DNA of 63,485 nucleotides, the filler included, from Octopus bimaculoides (taxonomy: Eukaryota), in NCBI RefSeq assembly GCF_001194135.2. It is 7 parts of 6 records of this genome, joined end to end, with 100 filler letters (N's around TTAATTAATTAA, not from the genome) between each part and the next. Parts side by side here need not be neighbours in the genome. Positions count along the whole stretch, not along the records: positions 20,407 to 42,742 come from NC_068984.1; positions 42,843 to 47,193 come from NC_068985.1; positions 47,294 to 50,905 come from NW_026363862.1; positions 51,006 to 60,453 come from NC_068981.1; 3 more parts are not named here. The stretch is one strand, 5' to 3'. The notes below the pieces were generated by a model. It was not told where the DNA came from, ran no database searches, and saw nothing but the letters and a program-made list of their open reading frames with translations. Shown here piece by piece: positions 40,772 to 53,173 of this stretch (its first letter is position 1; each line of letters starts with the position of its first letter). The translations under genes and the position numbers were made by a program.

Positions 40772-41091
40772 AGCATTAGAAATTCAGTTGATCTCTATCT
40801 GAGCAATCGGTAATGGGACCAAGTGGAAAGTGATCGAAACAGGGTTCGTATCCCAACATTGTCTTTATTATTTCTTGTATAATATTTACAAATATTTTGA
40901 GACTCTTAAATGCCATTGATTTCTAAACACACACGCGCATTTGTAAGTTTTTGTATATACTCATGTATACATTAGTGTATTTGATTAATGATAATAATAA
41001 TAATAATAATAAATAATAATAATAATAAATAATAATAATAATAATAACAACCAGAACGAAAACAACAACAACAACAGCAATAGCAATAATA

Positions 41092-41215
41092 CCCTACAAT
41101 GTTGGTGTATTGCAAAATTCGGCATTACTTGGAACTGCACGCAAACTGCATCAAGTACTGTCTGCCAGAGGTCCTTGTTGTGACTTGTCAGACAGTACGA
41201 ACTGCCTTATCTTTC
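41092..41215 (+). mobile_element. R4/Dong-like retrotransposon extreme 3' fragment after an (AAT)/(AAC) array
   Basis: PYNVGVLQNSALLGTARKLHQVLS plus UTR GTTGTGACTTG shared with 49815-49915. Confidence 0.65.
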
Positions 41216-41218
41216 CGA

Positions 41219-41980
41219 CTATATGAGGGTGGCAGGGCAAATATCACTCCATAAGTCAGCACTGCCCAGGCACTGAATGAGTGCGTAGAGGACGGTTTCA
41301 CCGCTCTGCACAAATCTCGAACAAACCCGTCTGATAGCACATCCATGCCTATACAGTTTATCTCGAACCGATAGCGTGCTTCGGTAGCACAGCCAGGTCA
41401 AGGACTTCTGGAAATTATCCATGGTATTCACTGGCCGGAAATCCATCTGGAAAGGACTTGCCAGTTCGCTTTCGTTGACGTCCAGAGTTGTTTGGGTCTG
41501 AGTCTTCGTCTTATCTCCGTCAAAAGGCTTTTGGAGTGATTTTATCAGACCTTCAGCACCTGGAGAGGCCTTTGATTTCGTGAGGCCTGAATCAGAGGAA
41601 TTAGGCAGGTGTTTTGTATCTGTGTTTTCACTAATTGTATGAGGAAGAGAGTCTTTCACTGGAGGACGTCGTGCTTTCTCCACCGCGAGAAGATTTGAGG
41701 TTGTCTGAGTTCCCCATCACCACCACCACCACCACCACCACCACCACACAAAACATTCGAGTTTCCCGTCCCCTCCGTTAACGTCGCCAACCACTCTCTT
41801 TCCTCGATGCAGAAACAAAAATCGGGTTTACAAGTGATTTCCTTCGAGGCAGCCAACAACTGGAATTCCAAGATCTCATTCAACTGTGCGCCCAGGGTAA
41901 AAAATGATTTTTGTGAACGTCTTTAAACCCCTCACAAAGGCAGGTGGTCGATGCAACGATGAGGCCGTGGTTCAGGGGCT
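41219..41980 (-). mobile_element. L1/Tx1-like LINE remnant with the ORF2 C-terminal zinc-binding (zf-RVT) region
   Basis: MDNFQKSLTWLCYRSTLSVRDKLYRHGCAIRRVCSRFVQSGETVLYALIQC resembles the W..Y...LP.RD.L...C..C...ET..HAL..C pattern. Confidence 0.7.
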
Positions 41981-42084
41981 GAGTTGATGACCGACAATAA
42001 CAGCAGCAACAACGGTCGCACCAGCAAAGGGTCTGGCAGTAAAAGCGGTGATTGTAACAACAACAGTAGTACCAACATCGTAAG

Positions 42085-42400
42085 GATACACACAGGGAAA
42101 TATCATGGATCAGTAGGGGTCCCTTTTAAGCTGCGACTAAAGAACCACAGGTCCTCTTTTAGGATCCTAGGCAGGCGCAACCTTACGTGTTTGGCCAACT
42201 ACATGCAACGTTTAAAAGAGGGAACGCCATACAGAATTACATAGACGCTCCTGGAACAGCCTGGACCATATCTCAACGGAAGCAGACGATGCAAACTTTG
42301 CTCCTCGGCCAAGAGGGCAAGGATCCTAAAACAATCGCTTAATCCGAGGCCTTCATAAATTCACGGGAGAAAATCCGCGTTCGAACCGTCAGCTTCCCCG
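42085..42400 (+). mobile_element. Penelope-like GIY-YIG endonuclease remnant
   Basis: KYHGSVGVPFKLRLKNHRSSFR...NLTCLANYMQRLKE..PYRIT*TLLEQPGPYLNGSRRCKLC matches the PLE pattern YIG..FK.R..NH.SSF...T.LS.Y.W.LK...PY..G...C.LC. Confidence 0.8.
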
Positions 42401-42695
42401 CTTGCTGATTAGTGAACTGAACACGTGTATAAAGTGAGCCCATTTGAGAGACAGCTGGAACCGGTCAAAGGGAAATAAATTCATTTCTCTCAGAAGGGAT
42501 TTTCACTTCGAAGAATTTCGTTTCAAAGGTATTTTCATTTTCATCATTATGCGGACCAAAATTGTATTCTTACCTCCATTAGTAAAAAAAGGTTATGTAC
42601 TTCTGGCCAGCAGGTCTGGTGAGTCGCCTATACTGCTAAAGAGCAATAACAAACATTAAACCAATAGCAACTCTCTGACCAGCCATATCCAACGA

Positions 42696-42742
<47 letters not shown>

Positions 42743-42842
42743 NNNNNNNNNNNNNNNNNNNNNNNNNNNNNNNNNNNNNNNNNNNNTTAATTAATTAANN
42801 NNNNNNNNNNNNNNNNNNNNNNNNNNNNNNNNNNNNNNNNNN

Positions 42843-43295
42843 GGTCACAGCTCTGCCGTGTCTGTGAATATATTCCTTCTTAGCCAGGACTGGGCAGCCA
42901 GAGATAATATGATTTATTGTTGCTTGTCCATCGCCACATATTCTGCAGTTACTTGTTATGTTTCTTTTCATTATATGTTTTTGGTAATTTCTTGTGGGGA
43001 GGCTTTGGTCTTGTGCTGCAATTAAAAATCCTTCTGTCTCTGCTTTGAGTCCTGAGCTTCTCAACCATTGCTGGGATTTTTCTCTGTCTATTTCTTTTGC
43101 GTTTAGTTTTGCCCAGTATTTGCCCTGAAGGGGCTTTTCTTGCCTTCGTTTTATCATGGTCCGTTGCTGTTCTAGTTTCATTTGTTTTATAGCTTTTGTT
43201 GTTTCTTCTTCTTCTTCTTCTTCTTCTTCTTCATATTTGTTAGCTAGTATGACTTCTTGTCTGTATTTGTCAGCTTCCTTAAATATTGAAAACAG

Positions 43296-43298
<3 letters not shown>
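42843..43298 (-). mobile_element. 5'-truncated R4/Dong-like retrotransposon (CCHC zinc knuckle), 152 uninterrupted codons
   Basis: LKAETEGFLIAAQDQSLPTRNYQ...CRICGDGQATINHIISGCPVLAKKEYIHRH; 5' end abuts the (TAA)n array at 43300; 3' end runs into a gap. Confidence 0.85.
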
Positions 43299-43370
<72 letters not shown>

Positions 43371-43372
43371 TT

Positions 43373-43590
43373 AAAGTGGTGGGCTGTCAGAATCGTTAGC
43401 GCAATGGACGTAGTGCTTAGTGATATTTCGACCGTCGCTACGTTCTGAGTTCAAATCCTGCCTTGTTCGACTTTTGCTTTTCATCCTTTCGGGGTTGATA
43501 GATTAAGTACCAGTGACACGCTGCGACCAATGTAATCGACTAGTCCCCTGCCTCAAAGTTTCAGGCCTTGTGCCTTTAGAAGAAAGTATT
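43373..43590 (+). mobile_element. SINE family D following (TTA)n
   Basis: GAGTTCAAATCC B box; TTTCATCCTTTCGGGG.GATA.ATTAAGTACCAG; GGCCTTGTGCC tail. Confidence 0.8.
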
Positions 43591-43931
43591 AGCTTTTAGG
43601 TACCCTTCAATAACAGATTGGAAGTTTTTTCAACTGACTTGTCAAATAAGCTAGGGATTAATATCTGTTATCGCTTCTTCTCACATGGACATACACATGA
43701 GTAGAGACAGAAACACGACATACATACATATAAATGTGCGCATTGACACAGACACACATACTACTACGCACACATACTACCACACACACACACACACACA
43801 TGCACATGCACATGCACACATATTAATATTTGTTTTAAGTCAAATCATATAAAATCAATTTAAAATTAAACTGAAGGGGGTTATTCAATCCTTTTTAGTA
43901 GTGTTTACTAAACTTTTACAATGAGAATGGC

Positions 43932-43990
43932 TTCGAAGTTTCGGTTTGTTTGCCTTCGTGAAACTGTCTGACGAAGGCAAGCAAACAGAA
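43932..43990. repeat. palindrome made of two degenerate hammerhead-like motifs
   Basis: Arms 43940-43959 and 43971-43990 match 18/20; plus strand CTGACGA-AGGCAAGCAAACA-GAAG, minus strand TTCACGA-AGGCAAACAAACC-GAAA-CTTCGAAG-CC. Confidence 0.5.
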
Positions 43991-44061
43991 GTAAAATTCT
44001 TATCAACTTCTACAATTAAAGTTAAATGTATGTGTGCGTGTGTATGTGTGCGCACGCACAT

Positions 44062-44135
<74 letters not shown>

Positions 44136-45080
44136 GCATATATACACGTGTACTTACACATACACACACGCGCATATCGAGTGAGAAGGTTAAGCATGAT
44201 TCAAATAAAGAACTCAATACAAGAATCATATACGATTCATAATGTTTATTTTTATGTTTTACACAACTCCATTTGAGAATATAAGTAGAAATACTAAAAG
44301 ACACTACGATATCCATTGTTTGTAGAGGGTTGATGTTACCAGAGATCAGCACAAATACAAATAAACAAAAGCAAAAGAATATTATATATATATATACATA
44401 TATATGTGTATAAATATATTATGAGTTTATGCGTGCGTGCATACCCTCCCCCTCTATCTCCCTCTCTCTCTCTCTCTCTCTCTGCGTGCGCGCGCGCGTG
44501 TGTGTATGTGTGTGCGTGTGACTGTGTGACTGTGCCTGTATGTATTTGTGCTTGTTATGACATCAAAATAAGTTCGAGTTTTGAAATAGGATACTAGAAA
44601 GTAAAGTAATAATTAGACAAAAGCTAAACAGAGAAGCAACGACATTAAATTCATCAACAATGATATGTTTTTATTAGAACAATGTCAATATTTTGATTGT
44701 TGAAATGCCTGACAAGCAGCAAATCTGTAGTTTGTTCTCAGAAATAGATGAGTTTTATGAACAGTTACAAGTTGATAGAAATATAATGTATCAGCTTCAT
44801 CAGTAAGTTAACTGCATCATGTGAAATGACAGAAGTAAATGGCTCTACTCTCAGTCTGAGCACTGTAAATCGGACCATGACATTTAGGAGAGGGAACCCT
44901 CTCCCTTCTCTGATTCTACTTTGACTTTTCCCTATATCAGTGAGACAGTATTACCACTTATCTCTAACCTACATTTTTCTATCGATTTTGTAAATCCCCA
45001 CATTTTATGTATTCCGTCATTGTAGTGTCTCTTTCATTCGACGACCCAGTAGCAAGCAAAAGAAGTTCTTCTTCTTCTTC

Positions 45081-45157
<77 letters not shown>

Positions 45158-45159
<2 letters not shown>

Positions 45160-45375
45160 GGCAGCGAGGTGAGAGAATCGTCAGCACGCCGGGCGAAATG
45201 CTTTCCGGTATATCGCCTGCCGCTATGTTCTGAATTCAAATTCCAACGAGGTCAACTTTGCCTTTCATCCTTTCGGGGTCGATAAATTAATTTCCAGTGA
45301 AAACACTGAGGTCGATATAACTGACTAGCCCCCTCCCACCAAATTTGAGGCCTTGTGCCTCCAATAGAAAGGAGT
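45158..45375 (+). mobile_element. SINE family D embedded in (TTA)n on both sides
   Basis: Homologous to 15489 and 43373. Confidence 0.85.
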
Positions 45376-45421
45376 ATTATTATTATTATGATTATTACTA
45401 TTATTATCATCATCATCATCA

Positions 45422-45494
<73 letters not shown>

Positions 45495-45515
45495 CATCAT
45501 TATTATTATTATTAT

Positions 45516-46050
45516 TGAGCAGTGTATGCCATCAAAGTGGCACTGGGGTACAATATACGAAGCCCAGTATACCCATCATGACTACCCGTCTGATAAGGGT
45601 ACACCAGGTACGAGCATCACAACCACATGTGCATGACATGATGATTTCATATCAAGATAAACAGTGCATGACCTTGCAGGTGGGTCCCAGTTAGAATTTT
45701 CTTCAGGTCGAATAGCCCATCCCACTCAAAAGGTTCCTGAATAAATGTTGAACGAAACACCTATGTTTCTCGAGGTGAATTGTTCAAAGACCAAAGAATT
45801 CCTCTCAACACATAGCCATGGTGCTTCCTCCTTATTTCTGCTCATGAGTAGAGATTCACATATCGTCAGCCACTAAGGGACATGCTCAATTGGTTAAGGT
45901 CAAACAACCGACAAGCAAATCTGTGGTATTGAGCAGAATATTTGCTGTAGCCCACCTTTTATATCAAGACAAAACAATGTACATGATAACATTTCCAATC
46001 AGTTAAGATCAGAAGCCATGGGAGCCACTGCTTGGTACTGTATCAGGGTA
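45516..46050 (-). mobile_element. unclassified ~535-bp non-coding element flanked by (TAA)n
   Basis: GC-richer block with sharp ends at TAA arrays and no coding remnant seen; orientation inferred from the (AAT)n tail. Confidence 0.5.
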
Positions 46051-46074
46051 TTTATTTATTATTATTATTATGCT

Positions 46075-46890
46075 TTCTCTTTCTTCTTTCTTTAAATTTT
46101 CTTCCATTTCTCGCCGAGTGTTTTCCGTACACCTAGGGCAGAGAAACTCATTGTATGCATTCCCAGTTTACACAGGCAAAATTACAGGTAAAATATGTAT
46201 TTAAAAAATTTTTTTTTTTTTTTCAATTAATAAATAAATAAAAAATCATGAATGGATGTTGTTTTCACAGCGATAATGCTCTTCTCAGTACATGAGTCGT
46301 TCCAGTTAATACGATTTTTTGCACTTCCTGTAGGGATGGTAAGCCTGGTATCATTTTCAAATAGGTTTTAGTACCTTTTTTATTATTCCTAGAGATCCTA
46401 CAATCACTGGTACGGTAGTCACCTTAAGGTGCCACATTTTTTCAATTTCTATTATCAAGTCTTTATATTTACTGATTTTGTGAAATTCTTTCGCTGCTAT
46501 ATTATGATCGCAGGGAATACTCATGTCAATTAATAAACATATCTTCTTTGTTTGATCTTTTATAATAATATCCGGTTTATTAGCTTTTATAGCCTTGTCG
46601 GTATGTACGGGGAAGTCCCAGAGAATCGATACCTTTTCTCCCTCAGTCACAGCTTCAGGATGGTGTTTATACCATTTGTCAGCGGTTTTGATTTTATAAT
46701 GTCGACTCTGTCATGTCTTGCTTTATATTCTACAGGTGCTAAGACTCTACACGTTGAGATTAGGTGGTCTATAGTTTCAATCACATCGTTACAGAATCGG
46801 CATTTTGGGTCAGCTCCATTTTTTATCACATTGGCTTGGTAGTTCCAGGTTAATAAGCTTTGGTCTTCAGCAGCCAATATGAAACCTTCA
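46075..46890 (-). mobile_element. R4/Dong-like retrotransposon 3' part (CCHC plus RLE endonuclease, UTR, TAA tail)
   Basis: AAEDQSLLTWNYQ...CRFCNDVIETIDHLISTC; SILWDFPVHTDKAIKANKPDIIIKD...LIDMSIP...KISKYKDL (PD..D..K motif). Confidence 0.9.
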
Positions 46891-46904
46891 CATTATTATT
46901 ATCA

Positions 46905-47194
46905 TTATTGTTCAGTAGTTTTATTTTTATAACGTGCTTTCACTTCACTACCGAGCGCAGTTCTGTGTGCCTTGGGTATGTGCTGTGGTTTGCTGTGATG
47001 CTCTTATGGTTACTGTATTGAAAGTGTTTTGCCTAGGATGTGTGCAGTGCCCAGTAGTGCAATTTTCTGTATGTTATATATATTTGTAAGTCCTGGTGTT
47101 TTTGTTATGTATTTGTCTGAATATTTTTTTTTATACCTAAGGCACCCATTATGATAGGAATTGTTTCTGTTTTTAGATTCCACATTCGAGTTAN
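46905..47194 (-). mobile_element. R4/Dong-like retrotransposon 3' end (second subfamily) with TAA tail
   Basis: RMWNLKTETIPIIMGALG...KIALLGTAHILGKTLSIQ*. Confidence 0.85.
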
Positions 47195-47769
47195 NNNNNN
47201 NNNNNNNNNNNNNNNNNNNNNNNNNNNNNNNNNNNNNTTAATTAATTAANNNNNNNNNNNNNNNNNNNNNNNNNNNNNNNNNNNNNNNNNNNNTATATAT
47301 ATATATATATATATACATAGAATAAAATCAATATGTATATATGGGTGTGTATGTGTGTTTGTGTGAATATTGTATATTTCTAATGTTTATACACACACAC
47401 ATATACACCAGAAAACATACCACACTCGCATACACACAGACACACACGCACACACAATGTAAACATAACCGCATTGATATAATGTACATATTCGCAGTCA
47501 TACATACGTGCATACATTCACAGACAGCTGCACCAAAGAAACACATGGCGAATGTTGTTAAAGAGAAATAAATAGGTTGAAAGAATTGAGAGTCGAGTCT
47601 GCAGACTGGTGAAATGTTGCAGACAGAAAACTGATATATCAACAGATGGAACAGAATATTCTAACAACTATCAGCAATCTTGAAATGAAATCACCCGCTT
47701 AGACATTTCTCGGTACATAAAATATAGAAGAAAAAAAATAAAACAAACATATACATAATAAATAGGTTT

Positions 47770-48920
47770 TGGCCAGCATTGGGTCAGGGGTGTGTCTAAC
47801 TTAATAGTACTGCTTGGCGAAGTCGTTTTAATTATATACTGGGACGTCATAACCCACATGAGCAGGAATTCTTGTTATTGGCCGAAATATATCTTGGGGT
47901 CGGTGACAAAGTAGCTGCTGTTACTTCTTGAAGGAATTTGACCAGGTACTTTTGAAGGCAATGAGATCTATTTTTTTCTGTTTTATTTTTGTTTCCTTTA
48001 CTTTAATACTGAATAGAGCAGGATCGGTTGATGTAAATAAAGTTACGTCGCAATGTTGTTACGGACTGTAAGTGCAATTTATGTAGGCGCAGAGGATACG
48101 CTGTTCCAGTCCGTGAGTGTTATTTAAATTTGATGTTAACATCATTCCGGCAATACTGCCAGTGTATTTTCAACACCCGAATAAATGTTGCTTTCACGGA
48201 AGTTTCGAAAAAGTAAAATCTTGAAGTGACCCACGGGATTAAGAACCGTCGTGCCGTTTATAAATGTTTGTCTTCTGTTGTACCCTAGTTCTAATGATAT
48301 TTGGTTGTTATGGGGAGAGCACAGCAAGCAATAATACTCTAGATGAAGCCGTGCAAAGGTAAAGCACAGAAAGACGGTTCATCCTATGAACTGTATCGGT
48401 TTTACTGTGAACGTGAGGCTTCTAGTCCAAGTTTTTGTCAACAGTTACAATTCTCCGGCATTTTAAAACGTAATGAAAGCTTCTGAGAAAAGAGAATACG
48501 GCTGTTTAAAGATTTCTTTTATACATTCCCCATTGAATACATCTACTTGTAGCCATATCCTAAAAACCAAGAAGATTTCAAGTCAGGGAAAGACAATTTG
48601 CTTCGTGCTGTAAATCGAGATCTTCCTGCTAGGGGTGGAGGTCTGAGAAGAAATGCTTTTATTGGTAAGATATTAGGGATAGTACCACAGTAGTTGCAGA
48701 AAACTAGGTTTTGAACTCGTTTCTAGCAACTTGTTGGCTCAATAACGCTTGTGAGACGGACAAAAAAAAAGAACTAAATAAAATTAATGTCACAACTGAT
48801 GTTTTTATTAGGTTGAACACGATTCGGCAATATTTTAAAATGAAGATAGACACATACGATAACCCTAGTTCGAATCAAACCATAATACCTCTGCTCCAGA
48901 TTAACAACTCTATACCATAT
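47770..48920 (-). mobile_element. old CR1-like LINE remnant (RT C-terminal half to 3' end)
   Basis: TFARLHLEYYCLLCSP (cf. RPxLEYCxxxWSP), LKIHWQYCRNDVNIKFK, and a TPRYISANN-type C-terminus; the upstream boundary is uncertain. Confidence 0.65.
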
Positions 48921-48944
48921 TGTGAGCAATAATACTCTAGATGA

Positions 48945-49987
48945 AACTGTGCAAAGAACGCTTGCCGAGTATTTGATAAATTGTGATGAAGACCTGCTTC
49001 AATACGCAGCGAAAGATATTGGTGTAAATGCAGATGAATTGATGGGAAAGGAAAAGTTTAACCAAAGAGCTGAGGAGACGAGAAAAGAAGAACTTCTTGA
49101 AATGAGAATGCACGGACAGTTTGAAAGGAATACACAGGACGTTAAGGATAATACAGCATCGTGGGCATGTCTTGAGCGCGGTGAATTGAAGCGTACCACC
49201 GAAAGCCTGATCATTGCTGCACAAGACCAGGCTCTCGCTACCAAGTCAGGGAAGTATAACATCTACAAAACCTCTGAAACCCAGAAATGCAGACTCTGTG
49301 GAAAGAGTGTGGAAAATGTGACCCACTTCGTAAGTGGATGTGAGAGCCTTGCACAAAAGAGTCTCATTGGCTCTTATGCCATAAATACCAATATAAAGTA
49401 ACAGAGAACTGTACCAAGTAAATTTGTGCAGGAGGATGGAAAAGTAACGATACTCTGGGACTATGATTTTCAGACGGATCGTGTAATCGAACACCGTCGA
49501 CTGGATGTTGTCACATTGAATAAGAGAGACAAATACTGTCAGATCATTGGTGTAGCCATACCAAATGACTACAATATTGTGAGTAAAGGGGTTGAAAAAT
49601 TCACCAAGTACTCTAAATTGAAAGTGGAAATAGCAAGACTGTANNNNNNNNNNGAGTAAAGGGGTTGAAAAATTCACCAAGTACTCTGAATTGAAAGTGG
49701 AAATAGCAAGACTGTATGGAATGCGAGAAGGTAATGTAAAAGTGAAACCACTGGTGATCGGAGCGTTGGGCTCAATCCAACTGAAACTTAAAGACTTCTT
49801 AAGGCAACTGGAAATCCCATGCAAGATTGAGGTCTTGCAAAAAGCAGCCTAATTGGACACAGGGCACATCTTAAGGAAAGCATTATCTGTCTGAGGTCGT
49901 TGTTGTGACTTGACAGATGACTAAAGACTCCGGTGCATTTTTACCTACACTGTGTTACGAAGGAATAACAATAACAATAATAATAAC

Positions 49988-50028
<41 letters not shown>
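48945..50028 (+). mobile_element. 5'-truncated R4/Dong-like retrotransposon (third subfamily) with (AAT)n tail
   Basis: MHGQF...LKRTTESLIIAAQDQAL...CRLCGKSVENVTHFVSGC; TILWDYDFQTDRVIEHRRLDVV; PLVIGALG...GHILRKALSV*; (AAT)n at 49966-50028. Confidence 0.9.
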
Positions 50029-50031
<3 letters not shown>

Positions 50032-51032
50032 TCTGGTACTATGCAAAGTGAGTAACTATAAACTTTGCACCAATGGACCGTGTCACTTTTATATGTGTAG
50101 CGTTGTAGTATGTATCCTGTTCACCACAGGAAAAAAATCACAATTATACAACAAATATATTTGCCCAATCAAGATATTTAGATGATATCACGCTAAAGAC
50201 ATCAGAATGAATTAACGCTTAAAAATTGTTCTAACAACAGCAAGGTACATATCCGATGATGCGAAAATTGCAATGGAAACAACAACACTAACTCCAACAG
50301 AATTAAAACCAACTAATCTCCAAATTAGTCGATGGAAAAGAACGAAAGCTTAGAGACATCAGATAAAACGTGCAAACCCGCCACAAAGTATATAAAACGT
50401 TTAGCGACTTCTGATATAAAATAACAATTTACGAAGTCAACAGAATGCCAAACAGAATATATTGCTGAAATGATCAATGATAGGCGATAAACAAAGAATC
50501 AACTCAAATAAAACAGGATGTGATTACGTAATCGATAAGCAGAAATAACTGAGCAAAGGAGAACGTAGAAATAAATGATTTTAGAAAAATAAGTTAAGGA
50601 AAACTGTATCTGAAAAATTTTATACAAATAAACAACAGTGAAGTCAATCTATGGAAACAGAAAAACAAAAGGACTTTGGAAAAAAAAAGGAACAGCAGTC
50701 ATAAACATCAAATTAATAAAAATCCTTAGAATCAGTCAAAGAAAACAATAGCTATAGACAAAAAATTAATTCGTTCCAACGTGTTCCAAAGGATACCGAG
50801 AGAAGTTCTCATCAGAGGATTGCATAGATATGTATATGTACACACAAACACACATACTTATATGTGTATATATATATAATATATATATATATATATAATA
50901 TATATNNNNNNNNNNNNNNNNNNNNNNNNNNNNNNNNNNNNNNNNNNNNTTAATTAATTAANNNNNNNNNNNNNNNNNNNNNNNNNNNNNNNNNNNNNNN
51001 NNNNNTATATAGATAGATACATACATACATAC

Positions 51033-51100
<68 letters not shown>

Positions 51101-51899
51101 GTATAATGCAAACAGGCATGCATAAATAAGTGGAGAAGAATAGTTAGACCGATAGCAAGGCAGGCGCAGTGGACAGGCAACACGTGAGCAATACACTCAC
51201 AAAATGTACGCATGCATGTGTGTATGTATGTATGTACGTATGCATGTGTGTATGTATGTATGTATGTATGTATGTATGCAAGAAATAATATGCCGTATGT
51301 ATATGAACGTCTACATGTACACTATAAACATTACATTTGCTGAAACGAGAAGCAATAAGATTGTGTTGATTAGTAATAAGAATTGTTTCTCTCGAAGAAA
51401 AGCTTATAATACCAGACAACTGGCCTACTTTGTTTCTTGTGTAGAGTACCATTAGAAAGTGAGTGGTGAATCATATCGTAGATTCGTAAGTAAGAAAGAA
51501 AAATCAATATCTGAGACACTCTCAGAAAAGTGCTTTAATTATAAGCACAGTATTAGAACGAGATTTTTTTTCTGTATTAAGATAAATTTGTCTGACACAT
51601 GACTGTCCTGATGAACGCTGTATATTAGGAGGCACAGAAAGGAATCTTCTTAAACAAGCTTTATTCCTGATTTTAACAAACAGTATTTTTTGTGTTCTCT
51701 TTGCTTGCTGATGATTGGTGAAAGAAAGCATGTACGCCACAACACCCTCTCACTTAGCTTCTCGTTCTAATCAACCAGAGCTTTCACACATTCATGAATA
51801 ATACACATCATCATTATTATAATCATCATCGTTGTCGACGTCGTCGTCTTCATCGTCATTACTACCGTCGTCATCATAATCATCATCATGAAATCCTTG

Positions 51900-52121
51900 A
51901 TATTATTGTTTCGAATCCTAGGACTTGTAAGGTCCGGTTTTCATAGAGTACGTGTGTTACCGAGATCCCAACACTCTACCTGAGTCCCTCGCAGGGTCAT
52001 TCATTTACAACTGATTGGACTGGAGCAATGTGGAATGAAGTATTTTGCTCCAGAACACAACGCATCGACTCGCAAGATCGAGAATCCAGAAACGCTAACC
52101 ACTAGGACACAAGCCTTCACA
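51900..52121 (-). mobile_element. SINE family B with a further tail type, ending in (ATG)n
   Basis: Reverse complement reads GTGAAGGCTTGTGTCCTAGTGGTTAG...GCGTTGTGTTCTGGAGCAAAATACTTCATTCCACATTGCTCCAGTCCA. Confidence 0.65.
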
Positions 52122-52679
52122 TCCTTTCACGAAGCACCATTGTATGTATTCTGCTGTTGCTAAACCTGCTGCAGCCATGATAAAGAGAGCCTATGAGCAA
52201 ACCCATGCCAACTATATACTATCTTCTGTATATCCAGGATTACACACCCCTATGTATCTTCTATTTTTCCTTACGACAGGGGCTGAAGGAAATTTAGCTG
52301 CCATTTCTAGCAAACCAAGCGTCCTGCTAAAGGCTTCATGGTTGACTTACTAGTTATTCTGTTTGCTTATATTGTACTAGGTAAATAAAATATTGATTGA
52401 CTGCCATTATAACAATGTATTTTATGAAATATTCGGACTATAGTATCACACACACAAAAAAAAAAAAACATGATAAATCATTAAATTTTGAATTAAATCT
52501 AATTATATTGTGAATTTATGGAAAGATTGTTATTGTCTATTTGATACTGTCTCCCTTGTATTTTAAATATTTATAAATATATTTAGTCGTTGTTTATGAT
52601 TAATACTTTCAATTGAGTTTTCAAATAACACGACGCACAGCTATGTATTTATCATATTATATTATATTATATTATATTA

Positions 52680-52722
<43 letters not shown>

Positions 52723-53173
52723 TCATATATACATACATACATACAGAAATATATGTATATATATGAATATATATATACACAAGCACATACACACACAAAT
52801 ATATATATACATGCATGCATACATACACATACATATATACACATACAAAGAGAGAGAAAGTGCGTAAGAGAAAGAGAGAAAAAGAGAAAGGGACAGAGTG
52901 CCAGAGAGAGAGAGTAGTCATTAGAATTGGTAGGTAAATAATGGTATGTGTAGGCATGAATGGAACTGCCAGAAATAAAAGAGATGAGGTGCAGTTTGGT
53001 ATGCCGATGTTACAAAGTAGGGTACTTAACTTGGTCGAAGCTTAGAAGAATGGTATAAGTAGAGGGTGGGAAATAGGGTGCAGAAAAATGGCAGAATAGA
53101 AATCCTGATATGTATGTATGTATGTATGTGTGTATGTATGTATGTAAGTATGTATGTATGTATGTATGCATGT

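Noticed and set aside
42430-42460. GAGCCCATTTGAGAGACAGCTG downstream of the Penelope GIY-YIG remnant
   Set aside because: Possibly an eroded hammerhead (same CAGCTG palindrome), but the CUGA and GAAA cores are missing.
49580-49716. Tandem duplications across 10-N gaps (also 21116-21224)
   Set aside because: The same ~50-60 bp lies on both sides of a minimal gap, with at most one SNP: unmerged contig overlap or haplotype artefact.
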